Source of the DNA: a virus
Taxonomy: Duplodnaviria; Caudoviricetes
Direction: 5' to 3' (one strand)
IMG/VR virus record: IMGVR_UViG_2918987250_000001
Location: 1 to 64,000 of that record
DNA length: 64,000 nt
Part shown: positions 26,745-35,641 of the stretch, piece after piece
Layout: the number at the start of each line of letters is the position of its first letter
Numbering within the stretch: position 1 is the stretch's first letter
Position numbers and translations under genes: made by a program
The notes under the pieces: generated by a model
What the model was told of the DNA's origin: nothing
Database searches by the model: none
The model's input: only the letters and a program-made list of their open reading frames with translations

Positions 26745-27695
26745 TTAGATGCCGTCCAGACCGTCGAGCAGGCTGTCGAGCTCCGAGTCCTCGACCGCGG
26801 CGCCGAACTCAGCACCGGCCGTGGAAGCGACCGTGGTGCCGGCCTTCGAGGGAGCAGCGGTCTTCACCTCCGTCACCTCGGCCTCGATCGGCTCCTCGAC
26901 GATGGTGCGCGGGGCAGTCGTCGCGGCAGCGCGGCGCGGGGCCGGGTCCTCGGGGATGTCGTCCTCCGTCGCGACGGTCGAGGTCAGCAGACCAGCGGCG
27001 CGCTTCGGGGGAGCGATGGCGAGGGTGATGCCGGAGGCCGCACCGATCGCGTTCAGCGCCTTGGTCTCCTCGCCCTTGAAGAACTCCTTCTCGATCGCCT
27101 CGAGGAGGTTGATCTCCTTGGCCTTGGCGACCTGGTCCTTCGTCAGCGGGTCGGACTTCAGGGCCGGGATGACGCCATATTCGGTGTCGAGGCCCTTGCC
27201 GGAGCGGGTGATGACGAAGTCGATGCCCGTGGTCGGGGACAGCGGGTCGGTCTCGTTGCCGTATTCCTCGATCATCGACACGATCGAACCGAAGGTCGAG
27301 GGCGTGATCTCGAGGATCTGCGGATCGGGCGAGGCGTCGGCGCCATCACGGATGATCGCCTTCACGAGGACCGACTTCTTGGTCTTCCACTCCTTGACCA
27401 GCTTCACCTGGTCGTCGTCCACCGCGGCCTTCATCGCCTTCTCGATCGCGGTGCAGATCGGGCAGGGCTCGTCCTTCACCAGGTCGGAGCAGCCGACCAC
27501 AGCGACGGGCTTGCCGCCGAGCTCGGTCTTGATCCAGTGGACGCCGAGGTCCTGCCAGAACTTGCCGTCGGCCTCGGTCGAGATGATGCGGACGCGGGTG
27601 CGGCCTTCCTTGATCTTGACGAACTTGGAGTTGCCGCGGGTGTAACGGTTGCGGGCGTTCTTGACGAGCGCCATCATTGCGGGGCTGAGAGCCAT
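26745..27695 (-). CDS. gp32-like single-stranded DNA-binding protein
   Basis: RVRII..FW....HW...C...CPIC zinc motif; acidic tail ELDSLLDGLDGI; replication context. Confidence 0.78.
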   Translation of the reverse strand: MALSPAMMALVKNARNRYTRGNSKFVKIKEGRTRVRIISTEADGKFWQDLGVHWIKTELGGKPVAVVGCSDLVKDEPCPICTAIEKAMKAAVDDDQVKLVKEWKTKKSVLVKAIIRDGADASPDPQILEITPSTFGSIVSMIEEYGNETDPLSPTTGIDFVITRSGKGLDTEYGVIPALKSDPLTKDQVAKAKEINLLEAIEKEFFKGEETKALNAIGAASGITLAIAPPKRAAGLLTSTVATEDDIPEDPAPRRAAATTAPRTIVEEPIEAEVTEVKTAAPSKAGTTVASTAGAEFGAAVEDSELDSLLDGLDGI

Positions 27696-27789
27696 GTGCT
27701 TTTGTGCTTTCGTGTTGGCAAAGTGCGCGGTGCGCTGCTGCCGTTGCTTCGGTGCTTTGCAGTTAGACTTAGCGTCGCTGCATCTAGTC

Positions 27790-27811
27790 TATAGCGAGAA
27801 GAGCTCGGTCT
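27790..27811 (-). promoter_or_regulatory. Promoter-like variant AGACCG-N10-GCTATA
   Basis: Same spacing, upstream of SSB gene. Confidence 0.6.
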
Positions 27812-27856
27812 TTTCGCTATTTCATCGTCCCCGATCGAACTTTCTGATGGGGGCGA

Positions 27857-27898
27857 TTGGAGGCTTGGCGGATCGGCTGCTTGGCGCCATTCCGCCAA
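27857..27898. repeat. Phased octamer array I
   Basis: ttggaggc/ttggcgga/tcggctgc/ttggcgcc/attccgcc. Confidence 0.65.
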
Positions 27899-28004
27899 GA
27901 AGCTCAGAAGGCCCGGCGCCGGCCGGCGATGAGCCGGGGCTTCGTGGTGCGGAGGCGCGCGACCATGAGGGAGCCGTAGAGGAAGAGGGCGGCGATCACG
28001 TCCA

Positions 28005-28616
28005 TCAGGGCGTCGCCATCGTCTCGGCAGCTTCCGCCGCGGCCGAGCGGCCGAACCGGGCCGCGACGCGATCACGGGCAGACATGCCGGCCTGCTCCTG
28101 CTCGCGCTTGACCGCCATCGACAGCTCGCCGGCCCGCTCCTGACGGTCGGTGGCGCCGGCCTGGACGAGCATGTCCTTGCGGTGCCGGAACGCCTCGAGG
28201 GTGGTCTTGGCGACGGCCTCGATCTGCTTGGCCTCGTTCAGGGCACGCTTGAAGGCGACGACCTGCGGGTGCCGGGTGATGCGGCGCTCTACGATGCCTT
28301 CCGTGACCTTCTCGCCGAGCAGCGCCATGCGGGTGCGGATCTCGCGATCCACCTTCGCCTCGGTGTTCTCGATGAGGATCTTGATGTCATCGACCTGCTT
28401 CGAGGCCTTGGCCGCGAGCACGCCGTAGTAGGAGAACAGACCCGCCTGCTCAGCCATCGCCTCGGAGAGGCCGTTGGGCGAGTAGTTGAGCTTCGCCTTG
28501 AGGTCCTCCTCGGCGAGGAAGTCCTTCACCTTGAACTTGCGCACGATCACCGGCGGCTCGGGCGGCACGGTCGGAGGCGCGCTCGGCGCCTCCTCCGTCG
28601 TGGTGTCCTTCGCCAC
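28005..28616 (-). CDS. UvsY-like recombination mediator (helical)
   Basis: Helical pattern ...KVTEGIVE...LEAFRHRKDML; near SSB and RecA. Confidence 0.55.
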   Translation of the reverse strand: MAKDTTTEEAPSAPPTVPPEPPVIVRKFKVKDFLAEEDLKAKLNYSPNGLSEAMAEQAGLFSYYGVLAAKASKQVDDIKILIENTEAKVDREIRTRMALLGEKVTEGIVERRITRHPQVVAFKRALNEAKQIEAVAKTTLEAFRHRKDMLVQAGATDRQERAGELSMAVKREQEQAGMSARDRVAARFGRSAAAEAAETMATP

Positions 28617-28621
28617 CGAGA

Positions 28622-29317
28622 TCAGGCCTTCGCGGGCCAGAACCAGGTGCCCGGCTGCTCGGCCGAACCCTCGACGCGGCACTCGTCGATCACGATGGGG
28701 CCGCGACCGGGCGGGAAGGCGAGGAGCGAGACGATGTCGTGACCGTCGCCGGCCTCGAACACGGCGCAGACCAGAGCCGCCCAGTGCTTCACGCCCTTCG
28801 AGCCGTGATGGAAGTTCTCGGCCTCGGTCGGCACGTAGTGGACGATGCGGCCGGCGCTCGGGCGCGGCGCCGGCGGCGCGGGCGGGGCCTTCGGCTTCAG
28901 GCTGTCGAAGAACTCCTTGAGCGTCTCCTCAATCACCGCGTCGAAGGCGACGTTGAACGCCTGCGCGGCCCGGCGCTCGAAGATGTCGTCGAGCTGGGTG
29001 CGGTAGAGGTCGTTGAACTGGGTGCAGGGGTTGGAGTCGAACTCGAACACCTGGACGAAGCCGCCGAGCACCGCGTCACCGTTCGAGGCGACGTAGAAGA
29101 CGTTCGGGTCGGTGGTGAGGGTCCAGAGCGACTCCGGCAGGGTGCCGAGGATGGTCTCGACATCCGCCTCGATCTCGGCGTCGCGCTGGGCCTCGTTGAC
29201 CACGTCGCCGAGGTGAACGTCGCCGTTGATGGTGAGATTGATCGTCACCGGCTGGGCCGGTTCGCCGAGCGGCTGGATCATGCCGGAGAGGAAGGAGAGC
29301 GGGTTGTGGGCGTTCAC
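28622..29317 (-). CDS. Hypothetical protein
   Basis: 231 aa downstream of promoter at 29354. Confidence 0.7.
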   Translation of the reverse strand: MNAHNPLSFLSGMIQPLGEPAQPVTINLTINGDVHLGDVVNEAQRDAEIEADVETILGTLPESLWTLTTDPNVFYVASNGDAVLGGFVQVFEFDSNPCTQFNDLYRTQLDDIFERRAAQAFNVAFDAVIEETLKEFFDSLKPKAPPAPPAPRPSAGRIVHYVPTEAENFHHGSKGVKHWAALVCAVFEAGDGHDIVSLLAFPPGRGPIVIDECRVEGSAEQPGTWFWPAKA

Positions 29318-29330
29318 TCTGGTCTCGCTG

Positions 29331-29348
29331 TGAGTAAGTGCTGACTTA
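29331..29348. promoter_or_regulatory. 18-bp palindromic site just downstream of promoter
   Basis: TGAGTAAGTGCTGACTTA. Confidence 0.8.
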
Positions 29349-29353
29349 TCTTT

Positions 29354-29375
29354 TATAGCGACAGCACGTCGGGTT
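29354..29375 (-). promoter_or_regulatory. Promoter-like motif AACCCG-N10-GCTATA
   Basis: Exact match. Confidence 0.75.
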
Positions 29376-29399
29376 TCAGAGAAAAATCTCGCGGATGCG

Positions 29400-32300
29400 T
29401 CAGGCGTTCGCGAGGGTGGAGGCGACCTCGAAGACCTCGTTCAGCTTCGCCTGCTTCGAGGAGTCGTGGAAGATCTCGCCCGGCGAGAAGCCGATCACGA
29501 GGTTGGCGTCGAGCTCCTTGTGGTAGACGACCTCGCCGGCCGCCTCCGACGCCTTCCCCTTGAAGTCGGGGATGAACTGCCGGAGCACGGTCGAGCCGAG
29601 CAGCACGATCACGGGCGGCTTGAGGAGCTCGATCTCGCGCTGGAGGTAGGGCGCGTAGGTCGCGATCTCGGCAGCCGTGATCTGCTTGCCGGCCTTGGGC
29701 CGCTTCAGCAGGCCGGTCCAGTAGGCGTCAGCCCGGCCGAGGTCGTTGGCGTCGAGCGCCTCCTGGACCCACTCGTTGATGCAGACCGCACCGCGCTTCG
29801 GGTCGTAGGTGAAGCGGCCCTCGGCATCCTCACCCCGCGACGGCGCGTCGGCGATGACCATGAAGCGCATGTCGCGCCCCGTGACCATCTTCACCGGCAT
29901 GCCGTCATCCGCGCAGCCCTCGGCATAGTCGGCGAAGACCGAGAGGATCTCGATCTTGGTGTCGCGGTCGCGGTGCATCTGCCGGTGGATCGGCACGTAG
30001 GCCGTCACCAGGCCGGGGATCAGCTCGCGCTGGTCCTTGATCCGGTCGGGGTGCTTGCGCACCAACTGCCCCGGCTCGATGTCCGCAAACGCGCCGACCG
30101 TGTCGAGCAGCCCGACGTGCTTGACGTTGCAGCGCCGCCGCTCGACCCGCTCCACGAGATCGGCCTTCGACTTGAACGGGCCGGCCTCGCGCGCCTTGAG
30201 GATCGCGGACGTGGTGAGCGCCGAGATACCCTTGATGCGGTTGAACGGCATGACGAGCCGCGCATCCGTCACGATCTCGAAGCGATCGGACGAGTGGTTG
30301 ATGTCGGGCATGTCCACCTCGATCCCCATGCGGTCCGCGTCCTTCATCAGGCCGGGCAGCTTGTCCTGGGGCATCAGCGTCAGCGCCGCGGCGAAGAACT
30401 CCACCGGGTAGTGGGTCTTGAGATACATCGCCTGATAGGAAATCAGGGTGTATTCGACCGAGTGGCTCTTGTTGAAGCCGTAGCCGGCGAAGCCTTCGAT
30501 CTTGTCGAAGAGCGCACCCGCCCATTCCGGCGTGCATTCCACCGTCTTGAGGCAGCCGGCGACGAAGCCGGCGCGCTCCTTCGCCATCTCCTCGGGCAGC
30601 TTCTTACCCATGATCTTGCGCAGCTTGTCGGCCTGCGCGCCCGAGTAGCCGGCGATCACCTGGGAGGCCTTCATGACCTGCTCCTGGTAGACGAACACGC
30701 CGTAGGTCGGGCTCAGCACGGGCTCCAAGAGCGGGTGGTCGTAGTCCACGCTCTCGTGCCCCTGCTTGCGCTTCCAGTAGGAGTCCATCATCCCGGATTC
30801 CATCGGACCCGGACGGTAGAGCGCGGTCGCGGCCGTGATGTCGTCGAAGCTGATGTTGCCGTCCCGTCCGAGCTCCTTCAGCAGGCGCCGCATGCCGCCG
30901 CCCTCGAACTGGAAGATGCCGGTGGAGATCGCGCGAGCGAAGTTGTCGAGCACCTTCGGATCGTCGAGCGGAATGCGCAGGAGATCCACGCGCTTCGAGC
31001 GACGCTTGCGGATGTAGTCGAGGGCCAGCGCGATCAGGTCGAGCGTGTTGAGGCCGAGGATGTCCATCTTCACGAGGCCCTGGTCCTCGACGATGCGCTT
31101 GTCCCAGCAGACGACGGGCAGGTCGGGCACCGGCTCCTCGCCTTCCTTCGGCTTGGCCGGCGCCTTGCGCCGCTCGATCACCGCCCGCTCGACCAGATCG
31201 ACACCGCCGACGACCACGCCGGCCGCGTGCTGCGAGAGGTTGCGCAGACAGCCCTCGAGGTTCGTCGCCGTCTCCCAAATGATCGGGTTCGCCTTGCGGA
31301 AGTCGCCGATCTCCGAGACCTGCTCGGCCGCCGCGTTGAGCTTCACCGGCTGGCCGTGGACCTTCGGCACGAACTTCGAGCAGCGATAGGTGTCCTCGGG
31401 CAGGCCGAACACGCGGCTCACGTCACGGATGGCGGATGCCGAGCCGAGACGCCCGTAGTTCGAGACGCCGGCGACGCGCGCGGTGCCATACTTGCGGATG
31501 AGATACTGGAACACCTCGTGCCGGCGCTCGGACATGAAGTCGAGGTCGGCGTCGGGAAGGTCGATACGCTCGGGGTTGATGAAGCGTTCGAACAGCAGGC
31601 CGAAGCGAAGCGGATCGCAGTCGGTGATCCCCATGAGGTAGGCGACGAGCGAGCCGCCGACCGAACCGCGGCCCGGCCCGACCAGGATGCCCTGGCTCTT
31701 GGCCCACACCACCACGTCCTGCACGAGCAGGAAGTAGCCCGAGAAGTTGAGGTTGCGCAGGACCGTCAGCTCGTAGTGGAGCCGCGGCTTGTAGACCTCG
31801 GTGAGCTCCGCGGCCGACGGCCGGTGCCCGAACACATCCTTCGTGAAGCGCTCGTGCCAGCCGCGCCGGCACGCCTCGGCGACCGCCTTGAACTCGTCAG
31901 GCGCCATCACGGGCAGCGAGGGCGCGGACTTCTTCCAGGCGAACGTGACCATGTCCACGAGCCGGGCCGTGTTCTTGAGCCCCTCGGAGAACCGGCCGTT
32001 GGTCTTGACCCCGCGGTGCCGCTCCAGCCGGTCGGCTGCGGCCTTCACGTCGCGCACGAGCTCGCCGATGGTCTTCGGGTGCAGGTCGCGTGCCGCGTTG
32101 AACCACGCCCACGGCTCGGAGAGCTTCACGTTGCGGGTGACGGCGTTCATGATGTCGGCCGCATCCGCGCCGCCTTCCTCGTAGAGGGTCGGCGTCACCA
32201 CGAGCGTCGGCAGGCTGAGCTCGTCCGCGAGCTTCAGCGCCTTGACGTTCTGCGTGTCCCAGTAGGGCGTGTCGATCGGCACCAGCGAGACGAACGTATT

Positions 32301-32804
32301 AGAAGCGCTCAGAGCGTCGGCGCAGCGCTGCATGATCTGCGGTGCGTTCGCGTGATGCACGACGCTATGCGAGCAGCTAGACGCAATCGCAGCGTCAGCC
32401 GAAGTCACATTCGCAAGCTCAGCGAACAAGTCTTCGAACGAGAGCTTGGGGACGTTGTAGAAGCGGTCCTCGGAGTTGGCCTTCGAGAGCAGCCGGTAGA
32501 GCGCCATGAGCCCGGCCTGGCTCAGCACGTAGTAGGTGAGGAAGAACTCGGGCGGCGCCTTCTTGTCCTCCTTGGTCTTGCGCCAGGAGGGGTCGTCCAC
32601 GAGCCGCAGCCGGCAGCCGATGACGGGCTTCAATCCCGCCTTGCCGGCCTTCTGGGAGAGCTCGATGAGGGCCGTGACCGACATCGTGTCGGTCACGCCC
32701 ACAGCCTTCGCGCCGGCCCCGGCCGCGCGGTCAACGAGCTTGTCGATGGCGAGGATGCTCTCACCGATGGAGAAGTTTGACCGTGCGGCCAGGATCGCGT
32801 GCAT
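29400..32804 (-). CDS. dnaE: DNA polymerase III alpha with C-terminal UDG-like domain
   Basis: PHP domain, GPGRGS, PDADLDF, KMDILGL, YGFNKSH; C-terminal ADAPS...YLQREIELLKPPVIVLLG. Confidence 0.95.
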   Translation of the reverse strand: MHAILAARSNFSIGESILAIDKLVDRAAGAGAKAVGVTDTMSVTALIELSQKAGKAGLKPVIGCRLRLVDDPSWRKTKEDKKAPPEFFLTYYVLSQAGLMALYRLLSKANSEDRFYNVPKLSFEDLFAELANVTSADAAIASSCSHSVVHHANAPQIMQRCADALSASNTFVSLVPIDTPYWDTQNVKALKLADELSLPTLVVTPTLYEEGGADAADIMNAVTRNVKLSEPWAWFNAARDLHPKTIGELVRDVKAAADRLERHRGVKTNGRFSEGLKNTARLVDMVTFAWKKSAPSLPVMAPDEFKAVAEACRRGWHERFTKDVFGHRPSAAELTEVYKPRLHYELTVLRNLNFSGYFLLVQDVVVWAKSQGILVGPGRGSVGGSLVAYLMGITDCDPLRFGLLFERFINPERIDLPDADLDFMSERRHEVFQYLIRKYGTARVAGVSNYGRLGSASAIRDVSRVFGLPEDTYRCSKFVPKVHGQPVKLNAAAEQVSEIGDFRKANPIIWETATNLEGCLRNLSQHAAGVVVGGVDLVERAVIERRKAPAKPKEGEEPVPDLPVVCWDKRIVEDQGLVKMDILGLNTLDLIALALDYIRKRRSKRVDLLRIPLDDPKVLDNFARAISTGIFQFEGGGMRRLLKELGRDGNISFDDITAATALYRPGPMESGMMDSYWKRKQGHESVDYDHPLLEPVLSPTYGVFVYQEQVMKASQVIAGYSGAQADKLRKIMGKKLPEEMAKERAGFVAGCLKTVECTPEWAGALFDKIEGFAGYGFNKSHSVEYTLISYQAMYLKTHYPVEFFAAALTLMPQDKLPGLMKDADRMGIEVDMPDINHSSDRFEIVTDARLVMPFNRIKGISALTTSAILKAREAGPFKSKADLVERVERRRCNVKHVGLLDTVGAFADIEPGQLVRKHPDRIKDQRELIPGLVTAYVPIHRQMHRDRDTKIEILSVFADYAEGCADDGMPVKMVTGRDMRFMVIADAPSRGEDAEGRFTYDPKRGAVCINEWVQEALDANDLGRADAYWTGLLKRPKAGKQITAAEIATYAPYLQREIELLKPPVIVLLGSTVLRQFIPDFKGKASEAAGEVVYHKELDANLVIGFSPGEIFHDSSKQAKLNEVFEVASTLANA

Positions 32805-33103
32805 TAGCCTTCCAGCGCCTTCCAGTTGATGATGCGGACGTTCGTCAGCTTGCGGGTCTCGGCGAGCACCTGCTCGATGCTGAGCGCCTGCTCGGTGGTG
32901 CGGATGTCGGGCACATCGACCCACGCCCGGTCATGGCGCTCGAAGCCCTCGGCGTCGTCGTGGACGAAGACGACCCAGGTGCGCCGCGGCTGGATCTCGG
33001 GCTTCTCGTTCGCCTTCTTCGCCGCCGCGGCCGCAGCGCGCCGCTCCTTGCGATTGCCCGGCTCGGGCTTGGGGGAGGCCGGAGGCGTGGTCTCGGTGGT
33101 CAT
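32804..33103 (-). CDS. Hypothetical protein
   Basis: 99 aa, coupled. Confidence 0.7.
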   Translation of the reverse strand: MTTETTPPASPKPEPGNRKERRAAAAAAKKANEKPEIQPRRTWVVFVHDDAEGFERHDRAWVDVPDIRTTEQALSIEQVLAETRKLTNVRIINWKALEG

Positions 33104-33639
33104 GCTGCTTCCTTCAAAACGAGGCGGCCATTCTGCTCAGTGGCAGCGCCCAGGGCGGTGAGTGCCTGGAACGCCTGGGTTGCGTGGGCGGCCGCCGTGC
33201 CCTCGCTCCATCCCAGCTTCTTCTCGAACGCCACCTTCAGCGTCTTCCGGTCGATGCCCGCCTGCATGTTGAGCAGCAGGTGGCAGGTGACGCGGAGGAA
33301 CTGAGGGGACGCCGTGAACGGGTTCTCGCGCTTTGCCAGCGCTTCGGTCACGCGGATGCCGGCGCGCTCGATGCGGGTGAGGAGCTCCTCGACCTTCTTC
33401 GGCAGGCCGTCCGTCAGGACCGCGGTTGCGTGGCCGTCGGCCGGCGCGACGCGAGGCGCGCGCATGACCTTCGGCTTCTTCTCCTTGACCACGATGCCGA
33501 GCTCGGCCCGTCGCCGCGCGAGCTGCTCGGCGCCGGCCTGCTCGCAGTCGGCCGCGAACGGGCAGGCGATGCATTCGGGAGCTTCGGCGCGAAAGCTCAG
33601 GGCGAAGCCGTAGCAGCCGGGTCGCAGAGAAGTCAGCAC
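33100..33639 (-). CDS. Hypothetical protein with N-terminal Cys cluster
   Basis: PGCYG...ECIACPF...C. Confidence 0.75.
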   Translation of the reverse strand: MLTSLRPGCYGFALSFRAEAPECIACPFAADCEQAGAEQLARRRAELGIVVKEKKPKVMRAPRVAPADGHATAVLTDGLPKKVEELLTRIERAGIRVTEALAKRENPFTASPQFLRVTCHLLLNMQAGIDRKTLKVAFEKKLGWSEGTAAAHATQAFQALTALGAATEQNGRLVLKEAA

Positions 33640-33646
33640 TTACTTA
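33629..33646. promoter_or_regulatory. 18-bp palindromic site over start codon
   Basis: GAAGTCAGCACTTACTTA. Confidence 0.75.
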
Positions 33647-33651
33647 CTTCC

Positions 33652-34293
33652 TTAGCCAAGAATTTGACGCGCGAGGCCCTTGACCTCGCCGTAGATGCGA
33701 TTGCGGTCCGTGCGTTCGCACCCCATCAGGTCGAACACGAGGGAGCCGGTGATGTGACCGGGAACGCCCGAGCGGATGCCCTGCGCGTTCGCGTGGTCGG
33801 AGCGGGCCTGGATCGCCGTCATCTCCTCGTAGAGGGCGAGCGGCGGATCAGCGAGCAGGCGCACGAAGGTCTGGGCGTCGGGCGAGAGCCGGGCCACGTT
33901 GTGCTCGAACTCCTGCCGGTCGCCGAAGGTCTCGTCCTGGAGCGGGGCGCCGTCGGCGATGATGTCGTGGAACGACGCGCCGTCCTCGCCAAGATCGTCG
34001 TCGATGTCCATGCCGACATGCCCGATCTGCTTGTCGATCCAGGCGTTGATGTGGTTCTGCATCCCGCGCTGAAGGTAGGCCCCGAAGGGCACGCCGAGGC
34101 TCGGGTCGAACTTGTCGCGGGCGATGCACCAGGCCACCGCCAGCTCGGAGCGCACGTCCTCGAGGAGCACGCTGCGCGCGCCGGCCGCGTGAGCACGGCG
34201 CAGGTAGCGGGGCGCGGCCTTCGCCACGACCTTCTCCCAGTCCTTCCAGCGGATCGGGTGCTGGTTGACGATCTGCGTGGTCATGGCGCTCAC
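33652..34293 (-). CDS. Sigma-70 family region-2-like phage sigma factor
   Basis: EDVRSELAVAWCIARDKFDPSLGVPFGAYL...NHI resembles region 2.2-2.4. Confidence 0.7.
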   Translation of the reverse strand: MSAMTTQIVNQHPIRWKDWEKVVAKAAPRYLRRAHAAGARSVLLEDVRSELAVAWCIARDKFDPSLGVPFGAYLQRGMQNHINAWIDKQIGHVGMDIDDDLGEDGASFHDIIADGAPLQDETFGDRQEFEHNVARLSPDAQTFVRLLADPPLALYEEMTAIQARSDHANAQGIRSGVPGHITGSLVFDLMGCERTDRNRIYGEVKGLARQILG

Positions 34294-35504
34294 CCGAAAT
34301 AGCGCTGCGCGAGCTGGGAGGCCGCCTCGCGGTCGATGCGGCTCATGCGGTTCATGTAGCCCTGGCGCAGCCCGGCCTCGTAGTCGGAGCCGCGCACCGC
34401 AGCCAGGCGGCCGGCGGTGATGAGCTCGCGGGTCGAGATCGTCATGCCGATCCGGCCGCCCTTGAACGCCTCGCGGATGTCGTTGGCGAACTTGACCAGC
34501 TTCTCCGCGTCCGCCTTCTTCAGGCTCGCCTGCGACTGCACGATCGCCGTCTCGATCGAGGCTTCCATGTAGGGGACCTCCTCGACGATGTGCATGCGGG
34601 AGTAGTTCGCGGCGTTCTGGATCTGCGTGCCCTGGTAGAGGCCCGTCTCGTCGCCGCCGCCGTTGGTGTTGCCGGTCGCCACGAACCGGAAGTCGGGGTG
34701 CGGCTTAATCATCCGCATCTCGGGCGGCGCATCCTTGATGTAGAGCGGCTTGCCCTCGAGGATCGGCTGGTAGAGCGCGAGCACGGAGGGGAGGGCGAAG
34801 TCATACTCGTCGGCGCAGTAGACGTAGCCGTTGAGCATGGCGATGGTGAGCGGGCCGGGCTGGAACACCGTCTCGGTCGAGAGGACCTCGATGTCGTTGC
34901 CGGCCGCGTCCTTCGAGGCGCGCTTGACCGCCTGCACGACATACTGGCCGATGATGTGCGCCTCTTCGGTGTTCGCCGTGTGCTGGACGCGCATGAAGGG
35001 CCGCTTGGTGCGGGCGCAGGCCTGCTCGAAGAGGGTCGTCTTGCCGGAGCCGTGGTAGCCCCAGAAGTAGACGTTCATCCGCATCTCGAGGCCCATGAGG
35101 GCCGTCTTCACGAGCTCGAGGTTGAACACGTAGTTCCGGTCGATCTCGGGCACGAGCGCCAACGCCTCGGGCTGATGGCCCTTGTAGACGGCGATGAGGA
35201 TCGGCTCGTTGCGCTTGTTCTTGGTCGCGGGCACGTCGCCGGTCTCGAAGACCTTGGCGAGCGGCAGGCGTTCGATGTGGCCGGTCACAGCGGCTTCCTC
35301 GGCTTGAGCCTTCTTCTCGGCCAGGCGCTTGGCGGCAGCGGGCGAGAGGAGCGGGGCATCAGGGTAGGCGGCGCGGTAGCGCTCCACCGTCCACTCGGGG
35401 TGGCTCTCCTTCAGGTAGGCCTGGATGACGTGGACGCGGGCGCCGTCGAGCTCGCAGGTGATCTTGCCATCGTCTTTCGCGACGGGGGCGGCGGCAGTGC
35501 TCAT
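34290..35504 (-). CDS. cobS: CobS-like MoxR-family AAA+ ATPase
   Basis: GYHGSGKT, ADEYD, HPDFRFVATGNTNG, STRELI. Confidence 0.88.
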   Translation of the reverse strand: MSTAAAPVAKDDGKITCELDGARVHVIQAYLKESHPEWTVERYRAAYPDAPLLSPAAAKRLAEKKAQAEEAAVTGHIERLPLAKVFETGDVPATKNKRNEPILIAVYKGHQPEALALVPEIDRNYVFNLELVKTALMGLEMRMNVYFWGYHGSGKTTLFEQACARTKRPFMRVQHTANTEEAHIIGQYVVQAVKRASKDAAGNDIEVLSTETVFQPGPLTIAMLNGYVYCADEYDFALPSVLALYQPILEGKPLYIKDAPPEMRMIKPHPDFRFVATGNTNGGGDETGLYQGTQIQNAANYSRMHIVEEVPYMEASIETAIVQSQASLKKADAEKLVKFANDIREAFKGGRIGMTISTRELITAGRLAAVRGSDYEAGLRQGYMNRMSRIDREAASQLAQRYFG

Positions 35505-35584
35505 GCGTTGGGATCTCCGTTCCTGTGAGCGCGTCGCGCTCTCTCTGTGTGCATTGCTGTTATCGCTGATCGCGTCGCGGGAAG

Positions 35585-35602
35585 CAAGTCAGTCCTGACT
35601 TA
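35585..35602. promoter_or_regulatory. 18-bp palindromic site
   Basis: CAAGTCAGTCCTGACTTA; degenerate promoter at about 35561-35583. Confidence 0.8.
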
Positions 35603-35641
35603 TCCCGCGACGCCCCGCAGCGATGCGGATGTGGTGAGCGC

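Noticed and set aside
12780-32780. Long plus-strand ORFs (e.g. 12780-15290, 23384-24925, 29466-32780)
   Set aside because: Antisense shadows of high-GC3 minus-strand genes, with no recognisable motifs.
12720-32804. Inteins or introns in RNR, RecA or DnaE
   Set aside because: Lengths are normal, and no C...HN splice motifs or interrupted frames were seen.
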